DNA of 64,000 nt from Candidatus Altiarchaeota archaeon (GCA_043813075.1 JBDRLL010000003.1:1-64000); one strand, 5' to 3'; counted from the stretch's first letter, positions 9,850 through 20,518 are shown. A program made the numbers and translations. The notes: a model not told the origin generated them from the letters alone.

Positions 9850-11037
9850 ATGGGGCGAAGAATGAGGGTATGCATGTTCGTGATGCTGCTGCCGCAGCAC
9901 GTTCTAGGCGGCATGGAAATCCACTCCATGGAGCTCGCAAAGGGGATAGCCAGGAAAGGCCATGAAGTGGTGGTCATAACCAACAGACATCCGGAAGGAA
10001 AGACAGAGGAGCATGTTGACGGCGTGGAAATAAGATATGCGGACGAGAAGGCCACTAGCAAGAGGCCTATGGGCATGAAGAGCCTGCGACTTCTGGAGGA
10101 ACTCCACAGGGAAAGGAAGTTCGACGTCATACACAGCCAGGCATTCTCTGCATTCTACTACGTCAGCACAGGACTGAAGAAGCGGCTTGGCATACCATTG
10201 GTGACGACACTCCATGGGACGCCGTTCAGCGAGGTTAGGAGCAACATGAATCAGGGCTGGAATAATATGCTCATACCCAAGATAGGCTTCCACCTTTTCA
10301 ATTACCAGTTCAGATTCAAGGAGATGATCAGTGAGAGTGATGCGGTGATAGCGATAAGTAAGGAGCTCGCTGAGAACGCTCCCAGTGAATTCAAAATACC
10401 GGCCGAGAAAGTCAAGATGGTGATAAACGGCGTAGACACAGAAGATTTCAGACCCTCTGAAAGCAGGCTAAAGAAGAGCCTGGGCGAGGGGAGGGTAATA
10501 CTGAGCGTCTCGGTACTGCACAGGCAGAAGGGAGTGCAGCACCTTATAAACGCCATGAAGGACATACTAGTGAAGGCGCCGGATGCCGTGCTCGTCATCG
10601 TCGGCGACGGACCATACAAGAAGGATCTTGAGGAACTCGCGTCAAAAAAAGAGTTGCGGGAGAGGATAATATTCAAGGGCAGGGTGCCGAACACTGAGTT
10701 AATTGAATACTACAACTCCTGCGACGTATTCGCGATACCAACAGTCAGAGTGGAAGGACTGCCTCTAATAGAACTCGAGGCCATGTCCTGCGGGAAACCA
10801 GTAGTGGCTTCAAACATAGGAGGCATACCGACTGTTATAGAGGACAGGGTCAACGGTATGCTCGCAAACCCGGGAGACGCTAAAGACCTTGCGGGAAAGA
10901 TATTGGAAGTCCTGTGCGATAAAAAACTCTCTGAGAAACTGGGCAAAAACGCGCGCAAGACAATATTAGAGAAATACAGCAGGGAGAGGATGGCTGAAAA
11001 CACCATAAGAGTATACGAAGACGTTACGAGAGGCTGA
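9850..11037 (+). CDS. Glycosyltransferase family 4
   Basis: GGME, TLHG, NGVD, KGVQHLI, EGLPLIELEAMSCGKPVV. Confidence 0.9.
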   Translation: MGRRMRVCMFVMLLPQHVLGGMEIHSMELAKGIARKGHEVVVITNRHPEGKTEEHVDGVEIRYADEKATSKRPMGMKSLRLLEELHRERKFDVIHSQAFSAFYYVSTGLKKRLGIPLVTTLHGTPFSEVRSNMNQGWNNMLIPKIGFHLFNYQFRFKEMISESDAVIAISKELAENAPSEFKIPAEKVKMVINGVDTEDFRPSESRLKKSLGEGRVILSVSVLHRQKGVQHLINAMKDILVKAPDAVLVIVGDGPYKKDLEELASKKELRERIIFKGRVPNTELIEYYNSCDVFAIPTVRVEGLPLIELEAMSCGKPVVASNIGGIPTVIEDRVNGMLANPGDAKDLAGKILEVLCDKKLSEKLGKNARKTILEKYSRERMAENTIRVYEDVTRG

Positions 11038-11040
11038 CGC

Positions 11041-12168
11041 ATGAAGATAGCGGTCACACTACACCAGATAACCAGGAGGGGGGGAATATGCAAGGTAGCT
11101 TCCGCACTGATAGACCGTTTCGTAGAAGAACATGAAGTCCACTTAATAACAGCGAGAATCACCACGCCCATAGAAGGACTGATAGTGCACAAGACACCAC
11201 TGATATGGAAGCCCATGTTCATGGAAATAGGGTCTGCAGTATACTTCAACACAACGACGGCCAACAGGCTGAGGAGGCAGATAGGGTTTGACGTGGTGCA
11301 CAGCCACGGCGCAGAGATGCTGGGGCCGGACGTTATCACAGCACACAGCTGCCATAAGGCCGCGATAGCAGACCTTGAGAAACACAGGGGCTGTGGCTAT
11401 GGCCTTATGAAGAGGCTGGAGCCGATGTCGAACATCGTCTTGGCTGTGGAAAGGCACAATTACGCTGGAGGGAACTACAGGAAGATTATCTCAGTCTCGC
11501 AGGGAGTCAAGAGGGAGATAATGAGGTTGTATGGCGTGCCTGACGAGGACATAACCGTGATACCCAACGGGGTTGACTTGCAGGAGTTCAATCCTGAGAA
11601 TAGGGGTGTTTATTCGAGGGAGACGAGGGAGAAGCTGGGGATAAGCATGGAGGACACGGTCCTGATGACAACATCCTGGGAGTACAAGAGGAAGGGTTTG
11701 AGACACATAGTGGACGCGCTACCGCTGACTCCAGAAGACGTCAAACTAATGGTGGTAGGGCGGGACGATGAGGGACCGTACAGGAGACAGGCGGAGAAGC
11801 TGGGCGTGAAGGACAGGCTCATTTTCGCGGGAACAACATCAGACATCAGGAGGTACTATGCTGCTGCAGACATCTTCGTGTTCCCGACGTCATACGAGGC
11901 ATTCAGCCTCGCCACACTAGAGGCTGCCGCCAGCGGACTGCCACTGCTCACCACGAAAGTAAACGGTACGGAGGAACTAGTCAAAGACGGGTACAACGGA
12001 CACTTCATAGAGAGGGATGGCACGGACATAGCGGAAAAGATAGGATGGCTCGCCGACAGGGGAATCCGGAGGATGGGGGAGCAGTCAAGGAAAACCGCTG
12101 AATCCTACTCCTGGGACGATATAGCAGAGAGGACGCTGGGCGTATACGAGGAAGTCTCTAGGAACTAG
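11041..12168 (+). CDS. Glycosyltransferase family 4 (WaaG-like)
   Basis: IPNGVD, RKGL, YEAFSLATLEAAASGLP. Confidence 0.9.
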   Translation: MKIAVTLHQITRRGGICKVASALIDRFVEEHEVHLITARITTPIEGLIVHKTPLIWKPMFMEIGSAVYFNTTTANRLRRQIGFDVVHSHGAEMLGPDVITAHSCHKAAIADLEKHRGCGYGLMKRLEPMSNIVLAVERHNYAGGNYRKIISVSQGVKREIMRLYGVPDEDITVIPNGVDLQEFNPENRGVYSRETREKLGISMEDTVLMTTSWEYKRKGLRHIVDALPLTPEDVKLMVVGRDDEGPYRRQAEKLGVKDRLIFAGTTSDIRRYYAAADIFVFPTSYEAFSLATLEAAASGLPLLTTKVNGTEELVKDGYNGHFIERDGTDIAEKIGWLADRGIRRMGEQSRKTAESYSWDDIAERTLGVYEEVSRN

Positions 12169-13739
12169 TTCGATACACCCATCGAGACTACCCACAACAA
12201 AAACTTCTTTATACGACCGTCAAAACCCATCTTCCCTAGGAACATCTCCATCATCTCAAAATCCATGGACGAGAAAGACTTAGAGACTAAGAGAGCTGTC
12301 GCATAAAGCAAAGCCGCTAGGGACAGGGGTGCTGCGATAGACAACAATGGATTAACGAAAAAGGGCTTTATCATGAGGATGGGGAGAATCATTATGGCCG
12401 ACGAGAATATAATCTTCGAAAGGCGGATGGAAGATGGTTTTAGCGATATCATCCCAAGCTCCCGTCTTAAGACGATGCATGATGATGCTAGGATGAATCC
12501 AGATGAGAATAATGTCGAGTACGCCGCCCCGGTAAGCCCCATCAGAGGAATCAGGATATAATTTGAAGCGATGTTCACAACAGCTCCAGAGCCGAGTATA
12601 AGGGCATTAAGATGCGGTTTACCGCACGCTGAAAAAAGCTCTTTATACAATATGGAAACACCAAAAAGGAAAACCCCGACAGACAAAATCTGAAGCGGCA
12701 CGACACCCTCAATATAGTCTGGAGTGAAGAATATGAATATTATTTCCCTGGAAAAAAATAGGATGACCACGAATATTGGCATGAATAAGAGGAAGAAGGA
12801 CTCGAGAATGTATGAGGACGTCCTGCTTGCCCTTGAAAAGTCCTTCCCGCCCAAGAACTCCGTGACAATAGGCCGAAATATGTCGGTAACTGAAAAAAAG
12901 AAGATAAGGCTTGCACTAGAAACCAACCACGCAACATTATAGACGGCTACAGACGAATCACCCATATAGTACTTTATGAGGAATATGTCCCCCCACGCAA
13001 GCAGGTTCATTGAGGTAGTGACCAGGATAAGACTAAAACCGAACTTCATTAATGGGGGAACGATATCCTTCTGGAATTCCCCTCCAAAACCATAGAGCCG
13101 GATGCAATAGGCTATAGACGACAAGGAATAGATGAGGAACAACACCAACAATATGCCAAGTAGCTTGAGATAAGAGTACCCTAATAATACAACCACCACT
13201 ATAGCAACGACTTTGAAAACACTTATTAGTAGGCCGAAGAAGGCGGATAACTCAGGCCGCCTGAAGCCACCGAAAACCCCTAGGAAATATTGCGATATGG
13301 AATGCATTGCATATAGAGAGAATACGAAGAGGAACCGGTAGTCGTCTATGCCAAAAAACCCGAGCTTGTGGGTTAATATCAGCAGAGGTGTTGACAAGAC
13401 AAGTATGAATGACGATATCAGAAGCCCTGTCTTATAGGTGGAACGGACTTTTTCCATGCTGCCCTCACCACGATAGAATGCTATGTACCTCTGTGCAGAG
13501 CCGCCTATCTCAAATGCAAGTAGTCCTGTCAAAGCCATTGCCAGAGACCATAGGTAAGTGAAGTTACCGTACGATTCCTGACTTAGGTATTTTACGAACA
13601 GTATGTTGAAGAAGTATCCAGTAATCTTCATCAGAACATACATCAGAAATAGGATTGCACCCGACTTTAGCATAACATCCCTCACGGGAGTTGAATCTGC
13701 ATCCCCACCAAGCACTAAATCACGCATGTCGAATACCAT
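12165..13739 (-). CDS. Oligosaccharide flippase (Wzx/MATE-like)
   Basis: About 14 TM segments, YLSQESYG, DIFLIKY, VAVYNVA, LIPLMGLTGAAYST; start uncertain (13739 or 13727). Confidence 0.85.
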   Translation of the reverse strand: MVFDMRDLVLGGDADSTPVRDVMLKSGAILFLMYVLMKITGYFFNILFVKYLSQESYGNFTYLWSLAMALTGLLAFEIGGSAQRYIAFYRGEGSMEKVRSTYKTGLLISSFILVLSTPLLILTHKLGFFGIDDYRFLFVFSLYAMHSISQYFLGVFGGFRRPELSAFFGLLISVFKVVAIVVVVLLGYSYLKLLGILLVLFLIYSLSSIAYCIRLYGFGGEFQKDIVPPLMKFGFSLILVTTSMNLLAWGDIFLIKYYMGDSSVAVYNVAWLVSSASLIFFFSVTDIFRPIVTEFLGGKDFSRASRTSSYILESFFLLFMPIFVVILFFSREIIFIFFTPDYIEGVVPLQILSVGVFLFGVSILYKELFSACGKPHLNALILGSGAVVNIASNYILIPLMGLTGAAYSTLFSSGFILASSCIVLRRELGMISLKPSSIRLSKIIFSSAIMILPILMIKPFFVNPLLSIAAPLSLAALLYATALLVSKSFSSMDFEMMEMFLGKMGFDGRIKKFLLWVVSMGVSN

Positions 13740-13749
13740 AGGATATGTT

Positions 13750-14763
13750 TTAGACTTCCCAGGTCTGAAGCCCTTCAAGATCAAACGTGAACGGAACCAC
13801 CTTCGCGCCAGCCTCCTCAAGCTTCCTCGCAACAACCTGCTCTTTGTTAGGCTCACAATAGAAGAACATGTGCCCACCACCACCAGCACCCGTTATCTTA
13901 CCTCCCATAGCACCATGCTTCCTGGCAAGCTGGTAGATGCTGTCTATGTACCTGTTCGTCATCATCGGGCTGAACTTCTTCTTCACATCCCACCCCTCAT
14001 GCAGCAGCCTGCCGAACTTCTCGAAGTCGCCCTTCCGTAGGGCGTAATTCACTTCCAATGCAAGCGCCTTGGACGAATGCAATGCTTCAACCACATTCTT
14101 CTTTTTCTGCATATAAGACTTGGTCTGGTCCGTTATGATGTCGCCTGAGACGCTACGGTCCATCGCATACACGAGAAGGAGGTTCTTCTCCAACTCGAGT
14201 AGATGATCCTTCTTAAGCTTGAGCGGGTTAACGCGGACGAAGTCATCACCCTTAAACTCTATGTAGTTGATGCCCCCGAAGACGGAGACGTACTGGTCCT
14301 GCCTGCCGCCCTTGTTGTTCAACTCCTCGCGCTCAAGTTGGAATGCGAGTTCCGCGACCTCGTAGTCGGTCATCTTCTTCTCGTGCTTGAGGTAGTTGAA
14401 CAATCCTATTAGCGAGACGAACGCGGACGCGGACGAGCCAAGCCCGCTCCTCGGAGGTATGTCGCCGCGCAGGAACATGTTCAAACCCTTCTCCCTGGAT
14501 GACCATAGTTTTTTGACTACAGCAATTAGCAGGTCGAGTTCGGTGCCGTACTTTAGCGACCGGTAGGAGCTGAACTTCATAAGATCAGAATACGTGTCTT
14601 GTATGAAGATCTTCTTGTCGTGCCTAAGGCTTAGACTTCCCCACGCATACTTGTTTATGGAGGCGCTCACAACAGCCCCACCATGCTCGTCACAATAGGG
14701 GGATACGTCCGTCCCCCCGCCAGCAAAACTGATGCGGACCGGAGCCCTGCTTCTGATAATCAT
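13750..14763 (-). CDS. hddA: D-glycero-alpha-D-manno-heptose-7-phosphate kinase (GHMP family)
   Basis: RAPVRISFAGGGTDV, PPRSGLGSS, GGRQDQY, GKITGAGGGG. Confidence 0.85.
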   Translation of the reverse strand: MIIRSRAPVRISFAGGGTDVSPYCDEHGGAVVSASINKYAWGSLSLRHDKKIFIQDTYSDLMKFSSYRSLKYGTELDLLIAVVKKLWSSREKGLNMFLRGDIPPRSGLGSSASAFVSLIGLFNYLKHEKKMTDYEVAELAFQLEREELNNKGGRQDQYVSVFGGINYIEFKGDDFVRVNPLKLKKDHLLELEKNLLLVYAMDRSVSGDIITDQTKSYMQKKKNVVEALHSSKALALEVNYALRKGDFEKFGRLLHEGWDVKKKFSPMMTNRYIDSIYQLARKHGAMGGKITGAGGGGHMFFYCEPNKEQVVARKLEEAGAKVVPFTFDLEGLQTWEV

Positions 14764-14801
14764 TTTGAATATTTTTTTACATACTTGTTAATAAAATGGA
14801 T

Positions 14802-15746
14802 TCACCGCCGGTACACTCCCAAATGCCATTTCACCGTCTCCCTGACACGGCCGACCTGCTCGAAACAGACTGTGGCCGCGTAGACCAGTGTGAGGGGGAT
14901 GCTCCCCATCATACGATAGCCTCTGCGCAAGACGAAAAGCAGGAACGATAGGGTGAGGAATATGGGGATTAACGGCTCTATGAATAAGAGGGGTAGGCAT
15001 GCGAAGAATCCGAAGACCCTGCCGTAATGCCATGCCTTCCTCTTCCAGCCCACATGATACATGACGTCAGTCAAGGCAGAACCCCCATAATTCATCCTCT
15101 TCCTGAACCACGCGTATGCGGAGTCTATAAGGTAGATGTGGTGGGCGACCGCTGACGGAACGTATTTCACCTTCATACCTTTCGAGAAGAAGCGGTAGAA
15201 GAATTCTATGTCCTCCCCATTGGTCTTGAACATCACGTCAAAACCACCAACCATGTCGAACACCTCCCTCTTGAAGACGTAGTTGAAGTAGTTCACCCGC
15301 CTGTTTCCCATGGAGAAAACCTGCGGTTCTCCGGTGAAGACTGCCCTCAGAGTCTTCTCATCCATCATGCAGAATATGCTCTTATCCTTGTTCAACGTGT
15401 CCACATATCCGGTCGCTGCCGACACGTCCTTGAAGTCCGTGTTCCTGAATATCTCCTCAAGCCAGTTCGACTCCAACACTATGTCCGAGTCTAGGAAGCA
15501 GATGAATTCCCCTCTAGCCTCCCGGATGGCGCGATTGCGGGTATCAGATAAGCCTGTGTGTGGTTTTTCCACAAGCCTTACGCCCTCGATCCCGGACACC
15601 ATGTCCCTAGTGCCGTCAGTGCTGCCGTCATCCACAACAATAATCTCGTGGGGCTGGATGGTCTGGGATTTTACAGCCTCCAGGACATCCCGTATGTAGC
15701 GTGAACCATTGTATACGGGCACGGCAAACGTGACTTTAAGCGCCAT
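14802..15746 (-). CDS. Glycosyltransferase family 2
   Basis: VPVYNG, VDDGSTDGT, FLDSD, GEDIEF; C-terminal TM segments. Confidence 0.9.
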   Translation of the reverse strand: MALKVTFAVPVYNGSRYIRDVLEAVKSQTIQPHEIIVVDDGSTDGTRDMVSGIEGVRLVEKPHTGLSDTRNRAIREARGEFICFLDSDIVLESNWLEEIFRNTDFKDVSAATGYVDTLNKDKSIFCMMDEKTLRAVFTGEPQVFSMGNRRVNYFNYVFKREVFDMVGGFDVMFKTNGEDIEFFYRFFSKGMKVKYVPSAVAHHIYLIDSAYAWFRKRMNYGGSALTDVMYHVGWKRKAWHYGRVFGFFACLPLLFIEPLIPIFLTLSFLLFVLRRGYRMMGSIPLTLVYAATVCFEQVGRVRETVKWHLGVYRR

Positions 15747-15781
15747 ATTGTAGATATTTATTGTTAATAGTAATTAGTTGT

Positions 15782-16792
15782 ATGCGAGTGCTTGTCACCG
15801 GAGGCGCTGGATTCATAGGCTCCAACATATCAGACTCCTTCCTTGAAGACGGGAATGATGTCGTCATATACGACAACATGTCGAGGAATGGGGTGAGACA
15901 CAACGTAGACTGGCTGAGGGAAAGGCACGGGAATGTTGAGGTTGTGGTCGGGGACGTCAGGGACTTTGAGAGACTCAGGGAAGCCGTGGCCGGAGCCGAC
16001 CTGGTATTCCATACTGCAGCTCAAGTGGCGGTCACCACTTCAGTGGAAGACCCCCGCATGGACTTCGAAGTGAACACCATCGGCACGCTGAACGTCCTGG
16101 AGGCGCTGAGGCTCAGCGACCTAGACGCTCACCTATTCTTCACGTCAACCAACAAGGTCTACGGCGAGATGACTGGCATAGGATTGGAGGAGAATGACGA
16201 CTCATACGACTACAAGACGCTGAAGGATGGCATAAGCGAAGAGCAGACCCTCGACTTCCACTCCCCATACGGCTGCAGCAAGGGCGCTGGAGACCAGTAC
16301 GTAAGGGACTACGCAAGGATATACGGCATGAAGAACGTGGTTTTCAGGATGTCCTGCATATACGGCACAAGGCAATTCGGCACAGTAGACCAGGGATGGG
16401 TCGCCCACCTCACGAAATCCGCGATAACGGGGGAGCCCATAACAGTATACGGGGACGGGAAGCAAGTCAGGGACATACTATACATAGACGACCTCGTTAA
16501 AGCGTTCAAGAATGCGAGTGAAAGAATCAAGAAGACGAGGGGGCAGGTGTACAACATAGGAGGGGGAAGGAAAAACGTCATATCCCTCATCGAACTCATA
16601 AGCCATCTGGAGGAACTAACAGGCAAAAAGATAGGATACGGTACAGAAGACTGGAGGCCCGGAGACCAGAAGGTGTATTACACGAACATAGGAAAGGCTG
16701 GAAAGGACTTCGGATGGGAGCCGTCGGTAGGTAAGAAAGAGGGGGTTGAAAGGATTTTCGATTGGATAAACAGCAACAAGGGATTGTTCTAG
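15782..16792 (+). CDS. CDP-paratose 2-epimerase (RfbE)-like SDR
   Basis: GGAGFIG, AAQVAVTTS, STNKVYG, HSPYGCSKG, FRMSCIYG, DQGWV, WRPGDQ. Confidence 0.85.
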   Translation: MRVLVTGGAGFIGSNISDSFLEDGNDVVIYDNMSRNGVRHNVDWLRERHGNVEVVVGDVRDFERLREAVAGADLVFHTAAQVAVTTSVEDPRMDFEVNTIGTLNVLEALRLSDLDAHLFFTSTNKVYGEMTGIGLEENDDSYDYKTLKDGISEEQTLDFHSPYGCSKGAGDQYVRDYARIYGMKNVVFRMSCIYGTRQFGTVDQGWVAHLTKSAITGEPITVYGDGKQVRDILYIDDLVKAFKNASERIKKTRGQVYNIGGGRKNVISLIELISHLEELTGKKIGYGTEDWRPGDQKVYYTNIGKAGKDFGWEPSVGKKEGVERIFDWINSNKGLF

Positions 16793-16795
16793 AAT

Positions 16796-17920
16796 ATGGA
16801 GACGAAAAGAGTTCTGGTGACAGGGGGTGCGGGATTCATAGGAAGCCACATAGTGGACGGACTAGTCGAAGAAGGCCATGAAGTCATCGTATTCGACTCC
16901 CTTGACGAGCAGGTCCACGGCAAACCAGGCAGGAAACCAGAATACCTCAATGAAAAAGCAGGCTTCATAAAGGGGGATGTGAGGGACGGTAATGAATTAT
17001 ATAAGGCGCTAAAGGACGTCCAAGTGGTCTTCCATGAGGCTTCAGCAGTGGGTGTGGGACAGTCCATGTACAGGATACACCACTATGTCGACGTGAATTC
17101 AACAGGCACTGCAATGCTGTTGGACATCCTAGCGAACAGGGAGCATGACGTAGAGAAGGTGCTGCTCGCAGCATCAATGTCCACTTACGGTGAAGGAGCC
17201 TACGAATGCGCGGACTGCGGGATGGTATACCCGGGACTAAGGCCTTTTGAACAGATGAGCAAAAGGGACTGGGGGGTAAAGTGCCCGGAATGCGGAAGTG
17301 AACTGGAGCCTGCGCCAACCCACGAGTCAAAGCCATTGAACCCCAACTCGATTTACGCGATCGGGAAGATGAATCAGGAGCAGCAGATAATGACGGTATG
17401 CAAGGCCTATGAGATACCCTGCGTGTCGCTGAGGTACTTCAATGTCTACGGCCCACGCCAGTCGCTTTCAAACCCGTACACCGGAGTCGCAGCCATATTC
17501 ATGAGCAGAATCAAGAACAACAATCCCCCGGTGATATACGAGGACGGCCTACAGACGAGGGACTTCATCAGCATAAGGGATGTCGTCAACGCAAACCTAC
17601 TGGCAATGGGTAAGAAGAGGGCGGACTATGAGGTGTTCAACGTCGGCAGCGGAGTGCCGACAACAATCGTGTCGGTGGCGGAGACTATCGCGCGCATGGT
17701 GGGGTCGGACGTAAAACCAGACATCACAAGCAAGCCGAGGAAGGGGGACGTAAGGCACTGCTACGCAGACATGAGCAAAGCGGAAGACATCCTCGGCCTA
17801 AATGACAGGATGTCATTTGAAGACGGCATGAGGGAGCTGGCTGAATGGAGTGGTGGAGAGCATGCGGTAGACAAGTTCGATGAAGCCAGAAGGGAGCTGG
17901 AAGAAAAAGGCCTAGCCTAA
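16796..17920 (+). CDS. NAD-dependent epimerase/dehydratase with a CxxC...CxxC insert (WbiB-like)
   Basis: GGAGFIG, VGVGQSMY, YGEG, CADC/CPEC, LSNPYTGV. Confidence 0.85.
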   Translation: METKRVLVTGGAGFIGSHIVDGLVEEGHEVIVFDSLDEQVHGKPGRKPEYLNEKAGFIKGDVRDGNELYKALKDVQVVFHEASAVGVGQSMYRIHHYVDVNSTGTAMLLDILANREHDVEKVLLAASMSTYGEGAYECADCGMVYPGLRPFEQMSKRDWGVKCPECGSELEPAPTHESKPLNPNSIYAIGKMNQEQQIMTVCKAYEIPCVSLRYFNVYGPRQSLSNPYTGVAAIFMSRIKNNNPPVIYEDGLQTRDFISIRDVVNANLLAMGKKRADYEVFNVGSGVPTTIVSVAETIARMVGSDVKPDITSKPRKGDVRHCYADMSKAEDILGLNDRMSFEDGMRELAEWSGGEHAVDKFDEARRELEEKGLA

Positions 17921-19398
17921 AACCCATCCAGCCTGTGTTTAACGTATTTCGGGGCTTCCCTCGCGAAACGAAGTGCTGTTGGGAGCAGACCATCTCGCCT
18001 TGAGAGGCTGTAGAACATCCCTGGTATTGAGGAGAGTCTCCTCTTCCTGTACACCCATTCCTCCTGAGCCATCTCGCACGCCTTACGCAAGTCATCCTGT
18101 GACATGGCATCAGTCTTGAACACCGCGCTTCCGGTGCCGTCGTAATCCCGCCAGTTCTTAGACAGTATGCATCCCTGACCGTCCAGCGTGTCGTAGTATT
18201 CGGTACCAGGGAAGGGTGTGACGATGGAGAACTGGACGCTGTCAGGCTCCAGCCGGAACGCGAAGTCCATTGTCTTGCGCACCGTATCCCATGTCTCGCC
18301 GGGAAGGCCGAATGTGAACGTCAGATGGGTTTTGACTCCGAGCCTCTTGGTGTATTCAACAGTCTTCTCGACCCTACCCAAGTCCAGGTTCTTATGGGCA
18401 TTGTCAACCAACTCCTGCACCCCGGACTCGACGCCATACTTTATCGCATACAATCCAGCGTCAGCCATCTCGTCAAGCATCTTATAGTCACTGGTGTCCG
18501 CGCGGGCCATGACAGCCCAAGGCACGTCAATACCATGGCCCTTGATTTCACCACATATCCTGCTTATCCTATCGGCGCCTATGTTGAATGTGTCGTCGTC
18601 AAAGTAGACTGACTTGAAACCGTACTTACCGATCATGGCAGACATCTCCTCGACAATGTCGACGGGGTCGCGCGGGCGATAGCTAGAACCCCCGTACATC
18701 ACCCTAGGCCAGAGGCAGAAGATGCACTGATAAGGGCATCCCCTGCTAGCCCACATCTGCAGGCTCGGCAACGGCATGCCAGCGAAACCGTCGACGTAAT
18801 TCATCATATTCAACTGGTGTCTTGCAGGCCATGGAAGCGCGTCTATGTCCTTTATCAGAGGCCGCCTCTCATTGACGACCATCCTGCCAGCGTCACGGTA
18901 CAATAGTCCACTCACGTCCTTCAGAGACTTGTTCTTCTCTAGACTCTCCGCCAAATCTCGGAGAGTGTAGTCGTATTCACCGACAAGAACATAGTCTATG
19001 AACGTGTTTTCACGCATAATAACCTCCGACAAGGCGCTTGCGTGAGGCCCGCAGAATGCGACCTGGGCTCCCATCTCGCTTATCGACCTCGCGGTCTCGA
19101 GGTCCACGTCTATTGAAGGCGTTGAAGTCTCCATGACAGCCAAATCAGGGCTGAACTTCTTGACTTCAGACAGGAACTCGTCAGTGGTTATCCCATCTGC
19201 GATACCGTCTATGAGCTTAACGTCATGCCCATCTGCTTCGAGAACAGCCGTTGAATAGGCAAGAAAGAATGGGAAGGGTATGTAACGTGGCTTGTCCATC
19301 TCCTTCTCCAGTTTGACTGTGAAAGGCCATCTGCTCCCAGCCCTTACTCCGCGGCGGGAACCAGCCGCCCACGGAGGGTTGCCTAGTAGAACCTTCAT
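17917..19398 (-). CDS. Cobalamin-binding radical SAM protein (HpnJ-like)
   Basis: N-terminal RAGSRWP, B12-binding region, CPYQCIFC, FDDDTF, YGVESG, PFPGT. Confidence 0.85.
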   Translation of the reverse strand: MKVLLGNPPWAAGSRRGVRAGSRWPFTVKLEKEMDKPRYIPFPFFLAYSTAVLEADGHDVKLIDGIADGITTDEFLSEVKKFSPDLAVMETSTPSIDVDLETARSISEMGAQVAFCGPHASALSEVIMRENTFIDYVLVGEYDYTLRDLAESLEKNKSLKDVSGLLYRDAGRMVVNERRPLIKDIDALPWPARHQLNMMNYVDGFAGMPLPSLQMWASRGCPYQCIFCLWPRVMYGGSSYRPRDPVDIVEEMSAMIGKYGFKSVYFDDDTFNIGADRISRICGEIKGHGIDVPWAVMARADTSDYKMLDEMADAGLYAIKYGVESGVQELVDNAHKNLDLGRVEKTVEYTKRLGVKTHLTFTFGLPGETWDTVRKTMDFAFRLEPDSVQFSIVTPFPGTEYYDTLDGQGCILSKNWRDYDGTGSAVFKTDAMSQDDLRKACEMAQEEWVYRKRRLSSIPGMFYSLSRRDGLLPTALRFAREAPKYVKHRLDGF

Positions 19399-19419
19399 GG
19401 TATTGTTTATTCGATTTCA

Positions 19420-20517
19420 CTACTTTAATGCATTGATTCTTTCCTTCAGTCTTTTGCCGAGGACTTTCCAGTCGTACTCCCGCACAGCCTTCTCACGGGA
19501 TCTTAAGCCCATCTCTCGGGCAGCCTCCATGCCAGCGTGTATTCCCCTGACTGCCTCGCTTATCGCAGCCGAATCTCCGGGGGCAGTCAGAAAACCCAGG
19601 TCCCCGTCATCCAGCACCACATCCAGTTCACCAACGCGTGAAGCTATGATGGGCCTTCCGGAGGACATGTACTCGAAAACCTTCACGTTACTCTGGTATC
19701 TTATGCCTGGAAGGTCTGTGAAGGGGGCTATAAGCACGTCCGCTGTGGAGAATATATCTGGGAGCTGCGAGTGGTCGACCATGCCTTTGAACTCGAAGTG
19801 TTCAGACAGGCCCTTTTCTTCCACGATGGCCTTAAGTTCGTCTAGCCTGCTGCCGCCGCCGACTATAACACACTTGATTCCAGAAACATCGTCCTTAACA
19901 TCATCGACAGCCTGTACTACAGGGATTATGTGCTTTATCTTGAACAGCATGCCTGAGAAGACAATCCTGAATCCCTTGTGGGGTTCAGCCGGACGGTTGA
20001 AGAATGAGGTGTCGACGCCATTCGGCACGTACACTGTCTTGCCCCTGAATCCAACAGGAATCTTCTCCTCGAGGGTCAAATGATTACCGTACATTATCAG
20101 TGCCGAAACCTTTAGTGAGACCCCAGCAAGAAACTCTGTTAGGCTAACCTTCCACCCTGGCTCATCATTGTCTGCGAGGGTTGCCGGATCCCATTCGTCA
20201 CAGTCAAAGACGATGGGCCGTCCGGTGAGAATCCGATAAGCGAGCGCTGTGGGGAGGGTGAACAGGTGTGGCTTGAGGAACACGACGACACTGGGCTTCC
20301 ACTTCAATAACGCCATCAAGGATTTGACCCACCATACGGGCAACAGCAAGAAAGACTTCCTGCCGAGGGGGAGGTAATGCCTCTCAGACCTAGTTGACAC
20401 GCCATACTTATCCTGGCCGGGCATTATAAGCCGGTAATCCTCAAACGCCTGCGCGAGGTAAATCAGCCTCCGGGTGCTCGCACCTGGCTCAGAGAAGGGG
20501 GAGATGAACACTATCAA
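19420..20517 (-). CDS. Glycosyltransferase family 4
   Basis: VPNGVD, KVFEYMSSGRPIIAS; TTG start preceded by GAGGGTG. Confidence 0.85.
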   Translation of the reverse strand: MIVFISPFSEPGASTRRLIYLAQAFEDYRLIMPGQDKYGVSTRSERHYLPLGRKSFLLLPVWWVKSLMALLKWKPSVVVFLKPHLFTLPTALAYRILTGRPIVFDCDEWDPATLADNDEPGWKVSLTEFLAGVSLKVSALIMYGNHLTLEEKIPVGFRGKTVYVPNGVDTSFFNRPAEPHKGFRIVFSGMLFKIKHIIPVVQAVDDVKDDVSGIKCVIVGGGSRLDELKAIVEEKGLSEHFEFKGMVDHSQLPDIFSTADVLIAPFTDLPGIRYQSNVKVFEYMSSGRPIIASRVGELDVVLDDGDLGFLTAPGDSAAISEAVRGIHAGMEAAREMGLRSREKAVREYDWKVLGKRLKERINALK

Positions 20518-20518
20518 T

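Noticed and set aside
12165-13739. Flippase gene as a foreign low-GC insert
   Set aside because: The apparent AT richness can be explained by Phe/Ile/Leu codons in a membrane protein; no mobility signatures flank it
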